From Isoptericola halotolerans (GTDB lineage: Bacteria; Actinomycetota; Actinomycetes; Actinomycetales; Cellulomonadaceae), in assembly GCF_013149785.1 (NCBI RefSeq), contig NZ_JABEZU010000001.1, positions 1,364,001-1,428,000 of the forward strand: a stretch of DNA of 64,000 nt, written 5' to 3'. Position 1 is the first letter of the stretch. Each line of letters begins with the position of its first letter. Both the position numbers and the translations under genes were made by a program. Under the pieces are notes generated by a model. It made no database searches, was not told the origin of the DNA, and saw only the letters and a list, made by a program, of their open reading frames with translations. Below are positions 31,031 through 40,372 of the stretch, in pieces.

Positions 31031-34000
31031 ATGCCGTCGTCCCGCCAGCCCTCCGTCCGTCTGACATCGACCCTCATCGCCATCAGTCTCGTCACCGGAG
31101 GGCTCGCCGCCACGGCGCTCCCGGCCGCGGCGGCCCCGGAGCCCGGCGACCCGCCCGCGGCGGACCTGCCCTGGCCGCTGGTCGTCACCGAGATCGCCCC
31201 CGACAACACCGGGCCCGACCACTTCGAGTTCTTCGAGGTCACCAACACCACCGACGCGCCGGTCGACCTCGCCGAGCAGGCGTTCACGTACGTCTTCACG
31301 CACGAGGGCACCTCGGGCAGCGACAAGCCGCTCGACCTCACGGAGTCCTCCGCCGTCGTCCCCGCGCGCGGCAGCGCCGTGCTCTGGCTGCAGTACTCCA
31401 CCTCCACCGTCGACAGCTTCGCCCGGAGCGACGACGACTTCCGTGCGGCCGTCGGCGCCGACGACGACGTGCTGCTCTTCCACGTCACCGGGCAGGCAGG
31501 CATGGCCAACACCGGGACCCGAGGCATCCGCGTCGACACCTCTGGCGGGCAGACCAGCTGGTCGGTGTACGACCGGGTCTCGGCCGCGCCCGACGTCTCG
31601 ACGCACTTCGCGGTCCCCGCCGACCCGGACGCGGGTGGCACGGTCGAGCTGTCCTCGGGGCCGTTCACGCCCGGGGTCGTCGACCCCGCTCAGCTCATCC
31701 CGACCGAGCCGGAGCCCGAGCCGGGACCGGAGGTCCCCGTGCAGGGCCCGCCGCCGCCGACCGACCCGGGCCTGGACGCCCCCGTGCTGCAGATCACCGA
31801 GCTGGCGCCCGACACCGCGAACGTCGGTGGCGCCGACGCCTACGAGTTCATCGAGGTCTACAACGCCTCCGACGCGCCGGTGCCCTTCGGGGAGCACTCG
31901 ATCGACTACCTCTACCTCGACGGCAGCCACCAGGTCACCAACAGCACCGTGTGGCCCGCGACGCCGCACGACCCGGTGATCGAGCCGGGGAGCACGCTGG
32001 TGCTGTGGGTCAAGAACGGCGCGAACGACGGCCTGACCGCGGCGGACTTCAACGCGCACTTCGGCAGCCGGCTGACCGCGGGCGTCGACCTGGTGGAGAT
32101 CCACTCCGCCGGGATGGCCAACGGTGGCCAGCGAGGCATCCAGGTGACCACCAACACCGGGCACGTCGTCTCGCGAGCCGACTACATGACCGACGACCAG
32201 ACCGTGGCCGACCGTCCCATCCAGTACCGGTGGGACGAGGGCACGACCCAGACGCTCGTCGGCACCGGTCTCGCCACCCCCGGGTACGCCTCCCCGGACC
32301 AGGTGCCGGACGCCCTGGTGGCCACGCCCGAGGACACGAGCGCCCCGGACATCGCCGACCTCACCGACCACGGCCCGGGTGCCGACGGCCTCGCGCTGGC
32401 GTTCGACGTCACCGACGACCGCCGGGTGACCACCGTGGAGCTCACCCTCGCCACCGACGTCGGTGAGCCGAGCACGCGGCTGCTGCGCTTCGACGAGGAG
32501 GGGCGCTACACCTACGCCGTGCCTGCCGTCGACCTCTACGGCAAGGCCTGGGTCGAGTACACCCTCACCGCCTCGGACGGCACGGGCACCAGCACGCTCG
32601 GTCCGGTCCGGATCGACCTCCTGGACGGTGAGCGCGCACCGCTGCGCCTCAACGTCACCGACGGTCAGCACGTCGCCGGCCAGACCTGGCTGGCGGCGAC
32701 GACCATGGGCGACCCCCGCGACGTGCGCCTCGCCGTCGACGGCCAGGAGGTGGGCGACCCGACGCCCTCGCTGGAGGCGCCGGCGATCTTCGCCTTCGAG
32801 GCGACCAGCACCGACGCGTTCTTCCGCAACGGCGTCAAGCTCGGCGACGAGGTGCTGACGATCTTCGACGAGGGGTTCTACGACCGGGTCGAGACGGTGG
32901 CGAGCGACGTGCCGCTCGACCGGACGGTCGCGGGAGAGAGCCTGACCCTCGGCATCTACGCCGGTACCAAGGCCTGGCCGGAGCCGGACCCGGACGAGAA
33001 CAACGACGACTTCAGCGCCTACGACCTCCGTCTCGCCCTCCCCGACGGGCGGGTGCTGCTGCCCGAGAGCTGCGCGGGGGCGGGCGAGGGCCAGGAGGAG
33101 ACCGCGCGCCCCTGCCCAGGCCCCGGCGAGCGCGTCCGCTTCTCCGACGCCGACCAGGTGTACTTCACCGCCACCTTCACCGTGCCCGACGACGCGTTCG
33201 ACTCGATCGCGTACGCGTGGGACACCACCGCGGTGGACGACGGCGAGCACGTCGTGTCTGCGACGGCGGGGGAGGAAGCGGTGACCCGGACCGTCGTCGT
33301 CGACAACACCGCACCACGGATCACGACCGCGCTGCGCGACGGCGAGACGTACCGGGGCGAGGTCGTGCTGGACGCCGAGGCGTCGGACGCAGGCTCCGGG
33401 CTCGCGTCCCTCACCGCGACCCTGGACGACGTCGCCGTCGAGCTCCCGCACACGACGAGCTCGCTCGTGCTGGACCCGGGCGAGCACACGTTCGTCGTGC
33501 GGGCCGAGGACGAGCTCGGCAACACCGCCACGCGGACGGTGGTGTTCACGACGCCGGACGAGAGGCCGGGCGTGACGCTGAGCGAGCCGCAGGACGGTGC
33601 CGTCGTGGCCACCGGCGACGTGCCGTTGGCGGCGACCCTCGAGACGGCCACGGGAGACGCGGTGGACGTCGAGTTCCGTCGGGGCTTCACGTTCGACGCC
33701 ACGGACGCCGAGGTCGGCGTCTTCGCCGGGACGACGACCGACGCCGCCTCCGTGGACCGCGACCACCGGGACGACGGGGACAGCGACGAGATCAGCTCCG
33801 ACACCGAGCTGCCGTACCAGCTCTTCACCCTCGACGTGCCCGAGGAGGCCGGTGACGAAGGGCAGGTCCGTGTCGCCTGGTCCGGCTCGGCGAACCCGGA
33901 CGCCAAGGTGCTGCTCTCGGTGCTCGACACGTCGGACGGGACCTGGCGCGAGATCGACCGGCACGTCACGACCGACGGCGAGGTCGACGTCGAGCTGGGC

Positions 34001-35545
34001 GGCACCGTGCCGCTGGCCGACCACGTCCAGGACGGCCGGGTGACCGTCCTGGTGCAGCACTCGGAAGGGTTCGCCGGCACCGCCCGCTCCGCGCGCGAGG
34101 ACAACACCCCATTCCACCCGGACGCCACGCCCCGCTCGGAGTACGACTTCACCATCGGCTGGGAGTCCGACACCCAGTACTACAACGACAACGAGGGGCG
34201 GCCCACCGACGGCTCGGGCGAGGAGTGGTACTCCCACCAGGAGGCCATCCACGAGTTCTTCCTGGACCGCCGCGACGAGCTCAACCTGCAGTACCTCATC
34301 CACACCGGGGACGTCGTCGACGACTGGGACCAGGAGCACCAGTGGCTCAACGCCGACCCGACGTACCGGACCCTCGACGAGGCCGGGCTGCCGTACGGCG
34401 TGCTGGCCGGCAACCACGACGTCGGCGGGGCGCTCGCCGACTACTCGGCGTTCTCCCAGTACTTCGGAGCCGACCGGTTCTCCGGCAACCCGTGGTACGG
34501 CGGCGACCACCAGGACAACCGCGGTCACTACGACCTGATCAGCGTCGAGGGCGTGGACCTGCTCCTGCTGTACATGGGCTGGGCCCCGGGTGACGACCAG
34601 ATCGACTGGATGAACGAGGTCATCTCGCGGTACCCGGAGCGCAAGGTGTGGCTCAACCTGCACGAGTACATGCTCACCACCGGCGGGCTGGGGCCGATCC
34701 CGCAGCGCATCCTCGACGAGGTCGTCGCGCCGAACCCGAACGTCGTCCTGGTCAGCTCGGGCCACTACCACGACGCCTACACCCGCACCGACGCGTTCGA
34801 CGACACCGGCGACGGCCTCCCCGACCGGACGGTCCACTCGATGCTCTTCAACTACCAGGGGCTGCCCGAGGGCGGGCTCGGGTACCTGCGGCTGCTGCAC
34901 TTCGACAACGCCGGCGAGCGCATCATGGTGCGGACCTACTCGCCCTCGCTCGACGTCTTCGACTCCGACGACCCGGCGCTCAACGACCCGCCCGGCATGC
35001 AGGACTTCGAGATCCCGTACGCCGCGCTCGGGCTGGAGCCGAGCACGAAGACGCTGGCGACCGACGCCATGACCTTCGACGTCCTGACCACGGAGACGAT
35101 CGACACGGTCACGGCGGTGGCGAGCGGCGAGACGGCCCGAGGCACCTGGTCCGGCGTGGGCCCGGGCGAGCACGGATGGTTCGTCCAGGCCACGGGACCC
35201 TACGGCGGGGTCACCGCGTCGACGGTGCGGACCTTCACGGCCGAGGAGGTTGCCGGGCCGTCGGTGCGTCCCGGCACGCCGATCATCGTGGTGCCAGGTG
35301 GTGACGGCCCCCGGGTCGGCAAGCCCGTGCGCGTGGACCCGGGGAGCTGGACGCCCGGGACCCGGCTGACCTTCGTGTGGCGGGCCGACGATGAAGAGGT
35401 CGCCGCCGGCAAGGGGCGGACCTACCGCCCGACGGCGGACGACGTCGGCAAGCGGCTCACGGTCGAGGTGACCGGCACCAAGAAGGGGCACCGGCCGGCG
35501 ACCGCGACGTCTGAGGAGACCGCCGCGGTGGTGGGCCGGCGCTGA
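31031..35545 (+). CDS. large secreted protein: two lamin-tail-like domains, Ig-like repeats, calcineurin-like metallophosphoesterase, C-terminal Ig-like module
   Basis: Signal peptide; two V/ITE-APD...EF-EV-N repeats; SDTQY, HTGDVVD, GNHD, GHYH motifs. Confidence 0.88.
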   Translation: MPSSRQPSVRLTSTLIAISLVTGGLAATALPAAAAPEPGDPPAADLPWPLVVTEIAPDNTGPDHFEFFEVTNTTDAPVDLAEQAFTYVFTHEGTSGSDKPLDLTESSAVVPARGSAVLWLQYSTSTVDSFARSDDDFRAAVGADDDVLLFHVTGQAGMANTGTRGIRVDTSGGQTSWSVYDRVSAAPDVSTHFAVPADPDAGGTVELSSGPFTPGVVDPAQLIPTEPEPEPGPEVPVQGPPPPTDPGLDAPVLQITELAPDTANVGGADAYEFIEVYNASDAPVPFGEHSIDYLYLDGSHQVTNSTVWPATPHDPVIEPGSTLVLWVKNGANDGLTAADFNAHFGSRLTAGVDLVEIHSAGMANGGQRGIQVTTNTGHVVSRADYMTDDQTVADRPIQYRWDEGTTQTLVGTGLATPGYASPDQVPDALVATPEDTSAPDIADLTDHGPGADGLALAFDVTDDRRVTTVELTLATDVGEPSTRLLRFDEEGRYTYAVPAVDLYGKAWVEYTLTASDGTGTSTLGPVRIDLLDGERAPLRLNVTDGQHVAGQTWLAATTMGDPRDVRLAVDGQEVGDPTPSLEAPAIFAFEATSTDAFFRNGVKLGDEVLTIFDEGFYDRVETVASDVPLDRTVAGESLTLGIYAGTKAWPEPDPDENNDDFSAYDLRLALPDGRVLLPESCAGAGEGQEETARPCPGPGERVRFSDADQVYFTATFTVPDDAFDSIAYAWDTTAVDDGEHVVSATAGEEAVTRTVVVDNTAPRITTALRDGETYRGEVVLDAEASDAGSGLASLTATLDDVAVELPHTTSSLVLDPGEHTFVVRAEDELGNTATRTVVFTTPDERPGVTLSEPQDGAVVATGDVPLAATLETATGDAVDVEFRRGFTFDATDAEVGVFAGTTTDAASVDRDHRDDGDSDEISSDTELPYQLFTLDVPEEAGDEGQVRVAWSGSANPDAKVLLSVLDTSDGTWREIDRHVTTDGEVDVELGGTVPLADHVQDGRVTVLVQHSEGFAGTARSAREDNTPFHPDATPRSEYDFTIGWESDTQYYNDNEGRPTDGSGEEWYSHQEAIHEFFLDRRDELNLQYLIHTGDVVDDWDQEHQWLNADPTYRTLDEAGLPYGVLAGNHDVGGALADYSAFSQYFGADRFSGNPWYGGDHQDNRGHYDLISVEGVDLLLLYMGWAPGDDQIDWMNEVISRYPERKVWLNLHEYMLTTGGLGPIPQRILDEVVAPNPNVVLVSSGHYHDAYTRTDAFDDTGDGLPDRTVHSMLFNYQGLPEGGLGYLRLLHFDNAGERIMVRTYSPSLDVFDSDDPALNDPPGMQDFEIPYAALGLEPSTKTLATDAMTFDVLTTETIDTVTAVASGETARGTWSGVGPGEHGWFVQATGPYGGVTASTVRTFTAEEVAGPSVRPGTPIIVVPGGDGPRVGKPVRVDPGSWTPGTRLTFVWRADDEEVAAGKGRTYRPTADDVGKRLTVEVTGTKKGHRPATATSEETAAVVGRR

Positions 35546-35567
35546 CCGTCAGGGTGCCGAGCGCCCG

Positions 35568-35605
35568 GGGGGCCGGCACGATCCACGCGGATCGTGCCGG
35601 CCCCC
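35568..35605. terminator. bidirectional terminator hairpin
   Basis: GGGGGCCGGCACGATCC / GGATCGTGCCGGCCCCC inverted repeat between convergent genes. Confidence 0.75.
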
Positions 35606-35626
35606 GGACGGTCGGTGCTGCGGTGG

Positions 35627-37993
35627 TCAGCCGAGCGAGGCGACCTCCTCGGCGGTCAGCGCACCGGTGTAGACCTGCAGGTCGTCGACCGATCCCTGGA
35701 AGGGGACGTCCCACCAGTTGACGCCGAGCGCGAAGACGCCGTTCGACGTCGTGAAGACGTTCGGGAAGCCCGCGCCGGTGTGCACGACCTCGCCGTCGAG
35801 GTAGATCGTCACGTCGCCGCCGTCGACGGTGAAGACCACGTGGGACCACTCGTCGGTGGGGAGGCGCGTGCCGACGTCACCGTCGTAGAACTGGGTCGAG
35901 CCGGACCACAGCATCGTGTTGTTCGCGCCGAAGCCGACCTCGGGCACGAGGCTCACCCAGCTCGTCTGGTTGCGGGCGCCGAAGAACGCCGTGGTGAAGG
36001 GCGTCCGGCGCTCGGGCTTCAGCCACAGGCTCACCGAGTAGTGGTGCCCGCTGATCAGACCGTCGGGAAGCCGGACGCCGCTCGACCCGTCCAGGACGAG
36101 CGACTGCCCGCGGACGCCGTCGTCGAAGGAGACCTGCCCCCCGGCGCTGTCGATCCGGTCGCCCGTGACGGTCCCGGCCGCGACGGCGTCGTCGACGGCG
36201 GTGAGGTCACCGTCGAACGGGAAGTGCGCGACCAGCCCGGGGGCGGGCAGGGCGGCGACGGTGAGCTCGAAGTCGACGGAGCCGGAGACGCGGCCGCGGG
36301 CGACCTCTGCGGTCAGGGTGACCGGCACGTCCTCCTCGGTGCGTGTCACCGTGCCGTCGGGGGCGACGGCCTCGGGGTCCGACGACGTCCACCGGACCGT
36401 GGCGTCGTGGGTGCCGACCGTGGGCAGGTCGAGGTCGGCGACCACCGGGGTGGGGACCGCGAGGTCGGCCAGGACGGCGTCGACCACCTGGCGGTCGGTC
36501 ATCGGAGCCTGCGCGCTGCCCCACAGCGGCACGCCGTCGTCGCCGACCACGCTGAACGTGGTGACCCACGCCGCGGCGGTGGGGTCCCACTCGCGCGAGA
36601 ACACGCCGTCGGACTCCGCACCGCCGAGGCTGAGGTGGAGGCGGTTCTTGGCGGACAGGCGCCAGCGACCGTCGACGGCGCCGCTGACGCGCCCGTTCTG
36701 GTGCAGCGTGACGGTGCTCGCCCGGCGGATGTCGGCGGTGATCGCCTTGTCGTGCTCGATGAACCGGTAGTCGCCCACCACCTGCTTGCGCAGGAAGTGG
36801 TCGGTGTCGTTGCCCCCGGCGTAGCGGTAGGGGGCGGCGACGGGCCAGCCGTCGGCGTTGAAGGACATCTCGTGGACGCGGATCTGGTGGAACTCGCCCA
36901 TCTCGGGGAACCGGCTGTGGAAGATCAGCAGCATCTCACCGGTGTCGGGGTCGACGTAGGTGGTGTTGTGGCCGGGGGAGACCTTGCCGTCACCGATCCC
37001 GGTGCCCGGTGCGCCGACCTCTCGCTGGAACTGGTAGTTGCCCATCACCTTGACGCCGTACGGCTCGATGGTGGCGTCGTCGAAGATCGGCAGGTCGGGG
37101 TTCGAGCGGACCTCGCGCATGTCGTGGCCCTCGGCGTCCTCGAAGGGTCCGTCGGGGTTCTCCGACCGCATCACCCGCATGTTGTACCCGGAGTCGGCGT
37201 CCAGGCCTCCGAACGAGGTGAACAGGTAGTAGTACTCGGTGTCCGGGTGGTACATCATGGCCGGGCCCTCGATGCGGCTGTGGTTGCCGCCGGTGAGGTG
37301 CGTGCCGTAGCCCTGGTCGGGCAGCGGGAACCCCGTGGCGGGGTCCAGCTCGAGGACGAAGATCCCGCCGGAGAAGGAGCCGTAGACCATCCACAGCCCG
37401 CCGTCGGCGTCGTAGAAGACGTCGGGGTCGATCGCGTTCGGGTGGATGCGGGCGTCGTAGGTGGTGCCGTCCTCGCCCGGTCCCTCGCCGTCGCGGTGAC
37501 CGGACCGCAGGACGATGCCGAGGTCCTCGTAGGGGCCGTCGACGTCGTCGGCCACCGCGATGCCCAGGGCGCTGCGCGGGGAGTCGCCGCGGCAGGCGTT
37601 GTAGTACATGTAGAACTTGCCGTCGGCCTCGAGCTGGATGACGTCGGCCGCCCAGAGGGTGTCGGTCTCGGCCCACTCGAACGCCTCGGCGAGCTCGACG
37701 GTGACGTCGTCGAACAGCGGGTTCTGCGGGGTGACGTGGTTGGCCACCTGCTCCCACTGCAGGAAGTCCTCGGTCTTGGCGGCGGCCAGGTGCGAGCCGA
37801 AGACGTAGTGCTCGTCGCCGACGGTGACGAGCGAGGGGTCGTGGGTCTCCGCGTCGGCGAAGACTGGTGGTGGCGGGTCGGACGGCGCGGGCGGTGCGGC
37901 GTTCGCGGTGCCCGTCGCCACGGCCGCGAGCGGCAGGGCGAGGGCGGCGGCGGCCGTCAGGGCGGCGATGCGTCGTGACCGGCTGCGGGTCAT
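35627..37993 (-). CDS. secreted GH43 endo-arabinanase-like protein with GH43 C-domain, Ig-like and LamG domains
   Basis: HDPS, WAAD, NAIDP, YGSFSGG, IEG, SPGHN; LamG with WSHV and FQGSVDDL; SD AAGGAG. Confidence 0.9.
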   Translation of the reverse strand: MTRSRSRRIAALTAAAALALPLAAVATGTANAAPPAPSDPPPPVFADAETHDPSLVTVGDEHYVFGSHLAAAKTEDFLQWEQVANHVTPQNPLFDDVTVELAEAFEWAETDTLWAADVIQLEADGKFYMYYNACRGDSPRSALGIAVADDVDGPYEDLGIVLRSGHRDGEGPGEDGTTYDARIHPNAIDPDVFYDADGGLWMVYGSFSGGIFVLELDPATGFPLPDQGYGTHLTGGNHSRIEGPAMMYHPDTEYYYLFTSFGGLDADSGYNMRVMRSENPDGPFEDAEGHDMREVRSNPDLPIFDDATIEPYGVKVMGNYQFQREVGAPGTGIGDGKVSPGHNTTYVDPDTGEMLLIFHSRFPEMGEFHQIRVHEMSFNADGWPVAAPYRYAGGNDTDHFLRKQVVGDYRFIEHDKAITADIRRASTVTLHQNGRVSGAVDGRWRLSAKNRLHLSLGGAESDGVFSREWDPTAAAWVTTFSVVGDDGVPLWGSAQAPMTDRQVVDAVLADLAVPTPVVADLDLPTVGTHDATVRWTSSDPEAVAPDGTVTRTEEDVPVTLTAEVARGRVSGSVDFELTVAALPAPGLVAHFPFDGDLTAVDDAVAAGTVTGDRIDSAGGQVSFDDGVRGQSLVLDGSSGVRLPDGLISGHHYSVSLWLKPERRTPFTTAFFGARNQTSWVSLVPEVGFGANNTMLWSGSTQFYDGDVGTRLPTDEWSHVVFTVDGGDVTIYLDGEVVHTGAGFPNVFTTSNGVFALGVNWWDVPFQGSVDDLQVYTGALTAEEVASLG

Positions 37994-38039
37994 GGCGGCT
38001 CCTTGGTGTTCAGCGTCGAACGGAGATCCGTCGTCGGAT

Positions 38040-38086
38040 CCGTGGTACATCGATGTAGAAGGTGAGATTACATCGATGTACCACGG
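38040..38086. promoter_or_regulatory. tandem palindromic operators (TACATCGATGTA x2) over the GH43 promoter
   Basis: Perfect 12-bp palindromes at 38046-38057 and 38069-38080; TTGACC -35 on the minus strand at 38090-38095. Confidence 0.8.
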
Positions 38087-38132
38087 GTGGGTCAAGAGGG
38101 CGGGCGAGACCGCGACCGACGCGACGGCCGGG

Positions 38133-38522
38133 CTATCCCGGTGGGGTGACGGCCAGGCCCGGGCGCCAGGCCCACGCCTGCCAGACGACGACGGCGTTGA
38201 GCGCGACGCCCGCGACGATGAGCAGGTTGTCGTAGAGGCCCGGGTAGGGCAGCCCGGCGAGGTTGAGGACGGCGAGCAGCACGGCGGCGACCAGGGTGGT
38301 CCAGCGCAGCGGTCCGGCCGGGGCGAGCAGGGAGAGCATGATCATCGCGACCGGGACGAGCATGACCACGGCGGCCAGCGTCCAGGTCCAGCCCGCGACG
38401 GGACGGCCGTCCATCTCGCCGGGCCGGAAGTCCCCGGCGAAGATCCTCAGGACGTCACCCAGCAGGTACACCAGCATCAGCGAGATCCAGCCGCCCGCCA
38501 GGACGATGCGCGAGGGGTCCAT
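38133..38522 (-). CDS. small 4-TM membrane protein (DUF6326-like)
   Basis: WISLMLVYLLGDVL pattern; SD GAGGAGG; follows the MDR gene. Confidence 0.75.
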   Translation of the reverse strand: MDPSRIVLAGGWISLMLVYLLGDVLRIFAGDFRPGEMDGRPVAGWTWTLAAVVMLVPVAMIMLSLLAPAGPLRWTTLVAAVLLAVLNLAGLPYPGLYDNLLIVAGVALNAVVVWQAWAWRPGLAVTPPG

Positions 38523-38531
38523 GCCGCCTCC

Positions 38532-39479
38532 TCAGGGCTTGAGCACGATGTTGCCGACCTTGTGCCCGGCGTCGATCCGGGCGTGCGCTGCGGCGAGCTC
38601 GTCCAGCCCGACGACGGCGGTGACCACCGGTGACAGCACGCCGTCGGCGACGAGCCGCAGGAGCTCGGCGACGTCGGCGGGCTTCTCGGGCGCGGGGCCG
38701 GAGCGGACCCGCCCGACCGAGGCGAGGGTCTGCCCGAGGCTCGCGGCGATCAGCAGCAGGACCCCGTCGGGCGCGATCAGCCGGCGTCCGGTCCGCAGGT
38801 TCAGCGCGCCGACCGTGTCGACGACCACGTCGAAGCGGCCGGCGACGTCGACCGGCGCCGTGGTGGTGCGGTCGATGACGTGGTCGGCACCGAGTCGCGC
38901 GACCAGATCGAGGTTCGGGGTGCTGGTCATGGCGGTCACGGTGGCGCCGAGGTGGCGGGCGATCTGGACGGCGCTGGTACCGACCGCGCCTGCCGCGCCG
39001 GTGACGAGGACTCGGGACCCGGGAGCGACGGTCGCCCGGCGGCGCAGGTAGTGCCACGCCGTCGTGCCCCCGAACAGGACCGCGGCGCCGTCCTCGTCGG
39101 TGACACCCGCCGGGAGCGCGACGGCGCGTGCGGAGGGCACAGCGACGAGCTCGGCGTGCGTACCGAGGCGCGTGCCGGTCATCCCTGCCACCCGGTCACC
39201 GGGGGACAGGTCGGTGACCTCGGCGCCCACCTGCTCCACGACGCCGGAGTAGACGCCACCGAGGATCGGACGGCGGGGTCCCCGCAGCCCGACGGCGAGG
39301 CGGGCGAGCGGGCCGAAGCCCGCCGGGAACCGGGCGCCGCGGAGGCGGGCGTCCGCACTGGTCACCGCCGCCGCGTGCACTCTCACGAGCACCTCGCCGC
39401 GGCCGGGCACCGGGGTCGGGACGTCGCGGACCGTGACGACGTCGGGTGGGCCGTACCGCTGGACGATCGCTGCGCGCAT
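38532..39479 (-). CDS. NAD(P)-dependent zinc-free MDR oxidoreductase
   Basis: YGPPDV, GAAGAVG, HKVGNIV. Confidence 0.9.
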   Translation of the reverse strand: MRAAIVQRYGPPDVVTVRDVPTPVPGRGEVLVRVHAAAVTSADARLRGARFPAGFGPLARLAVGLRGPRRPILGGVYSGVVEQVGAEVTDLSPGDRVAGMTGTRLGTHAELVAVPSARAVALPAGVTDEDGAAVLFGGTTAWHYLRRRATVAPGSRVLVTGAAGAVGTSAVQIARHLGATVTAMTSTPNLDLVARLGADHVIDRTTTAPVDVAGRFDVVVDTVGALNLRTGRRLIAPDGVLLLIAASLGQTLASVGRVRSGPAPEKPADVAELLRLVADGVLSPVVTAVVGLDELAAAHARIDAGHKVGNIVLKP

Positions 39480-39562
39480 CGCTGCCTCCCTGACAGGTGT
39501 AAGGCTGATGGTTCACTGTAGTCTTACGGCTGTAAGAACGGCAAGGCTCGAGGAGGACTGGT

Positions 39563-40234
39563 GTGGCACGGGCGGTGCTGAACAGCGCACGGATCGTCGA
39601 GGCGGCCGTCGCCGTGGCCGACGACGGCGGGTTGACGGCCGTGAGCATGCGCCAGGTCGGCCGACGGCTCGGGGTGGAGGCGATGTCGCTCTACCACCAC
39701 CTCGCGAACAAGGATGCGTTGCTCGACGCGCTCGCCGACTGGGTCTACACGCAGGTCCGGCTCCCCGCCGTCGGCGACCCGTGGCGAGCGGCGATGGCGG
39801 CGCGCGCGGCCTCGGCGCGACAGGTGCTGGCCCGGCACCCGTGGGCGTTGGGGCTCGTCGAGTCCCGTCGCACGCCCGGACCGGCCCTCCTGCGCCATCA
39901 CGACGTGGTGCTGGGCTGCCTGCGCGCGGGCGGCTTCCCCGTGGCCATGGCGAGCCAGGCGTTCGCCACCATCGACTCCTACGTGTACGGGTTCGTCCTG
40001 ACAGAGCAGAGCCTGCCGTTCGCCGCCTCCGACGACGTCGAGGAGTTCGTCGACGAGATGGAGCTGCCCCAGGACCGGTACCCCCACCTGGCCGAGATGG
40101 TGTCGGAGCTGGTGGTCGGCGGTGGCTACCGGTTCGCCGACCAGTTCGACGACGGCCTGGAGCTGGTCCTGGACGGCCTGGAGCGGCGGCTGACCGAGCG
40201 TCGCCCGGCCGGCCGTCGCCTGCCTCCTGCCTGA
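39563..40234 (+). CDS. TetR/AcrR regulator with TetR_C domain
   Basis: SMRQVGRRLGVEAMSLYHH HTH; RHPW; FDDGLELVLDGL. Confidence 0.93.
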   Translation: MARAVLNSARIVEAAVAVADDGGLTAVSMRQVGRRLGVEAMSLYHHLANKDALLDALADWVYTQVRLPAVGDPWRAAMAARAASARQVLARHPWALGLVESRRTPGPALLRHHDVVLGCLRAGGFPVAMASQAFATIDSYVYGFVLTEQSLPFAASDDVEEFVDEMELPQDRYPHLAEMVSELVVGGGYRFADQFDDGLELVLDGLERRLTERRPAGRRLPPA

Positions 40235-40372
40235 GCAGGAGGCGGTCCGTCACTCGGCACGTCCCGCTCGGATCGGCCGCTGCAGCTGCCGACCCGAGTC
40301 CAGCCTGCCGATCGGAGGCGCGCCCGGCGGTGCAGTGGCGCCCCGGGCAACCGTCCTGCATCGTGGTGCTCG

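Noticed and set aside
30875..35491. 1701-aa minus-strand ORF (30386-35491) and other long antisense ORFs (e.g. 17665-20562, 3005-5914, 35594-37978)
   Set aside because: Shadow frames caused by high GC3 on the true coding strand, with V/G/R/D-biased sequence and no motifs. Only the last 162 aa of the 1701-aa ORF (SRPBCC) look real.
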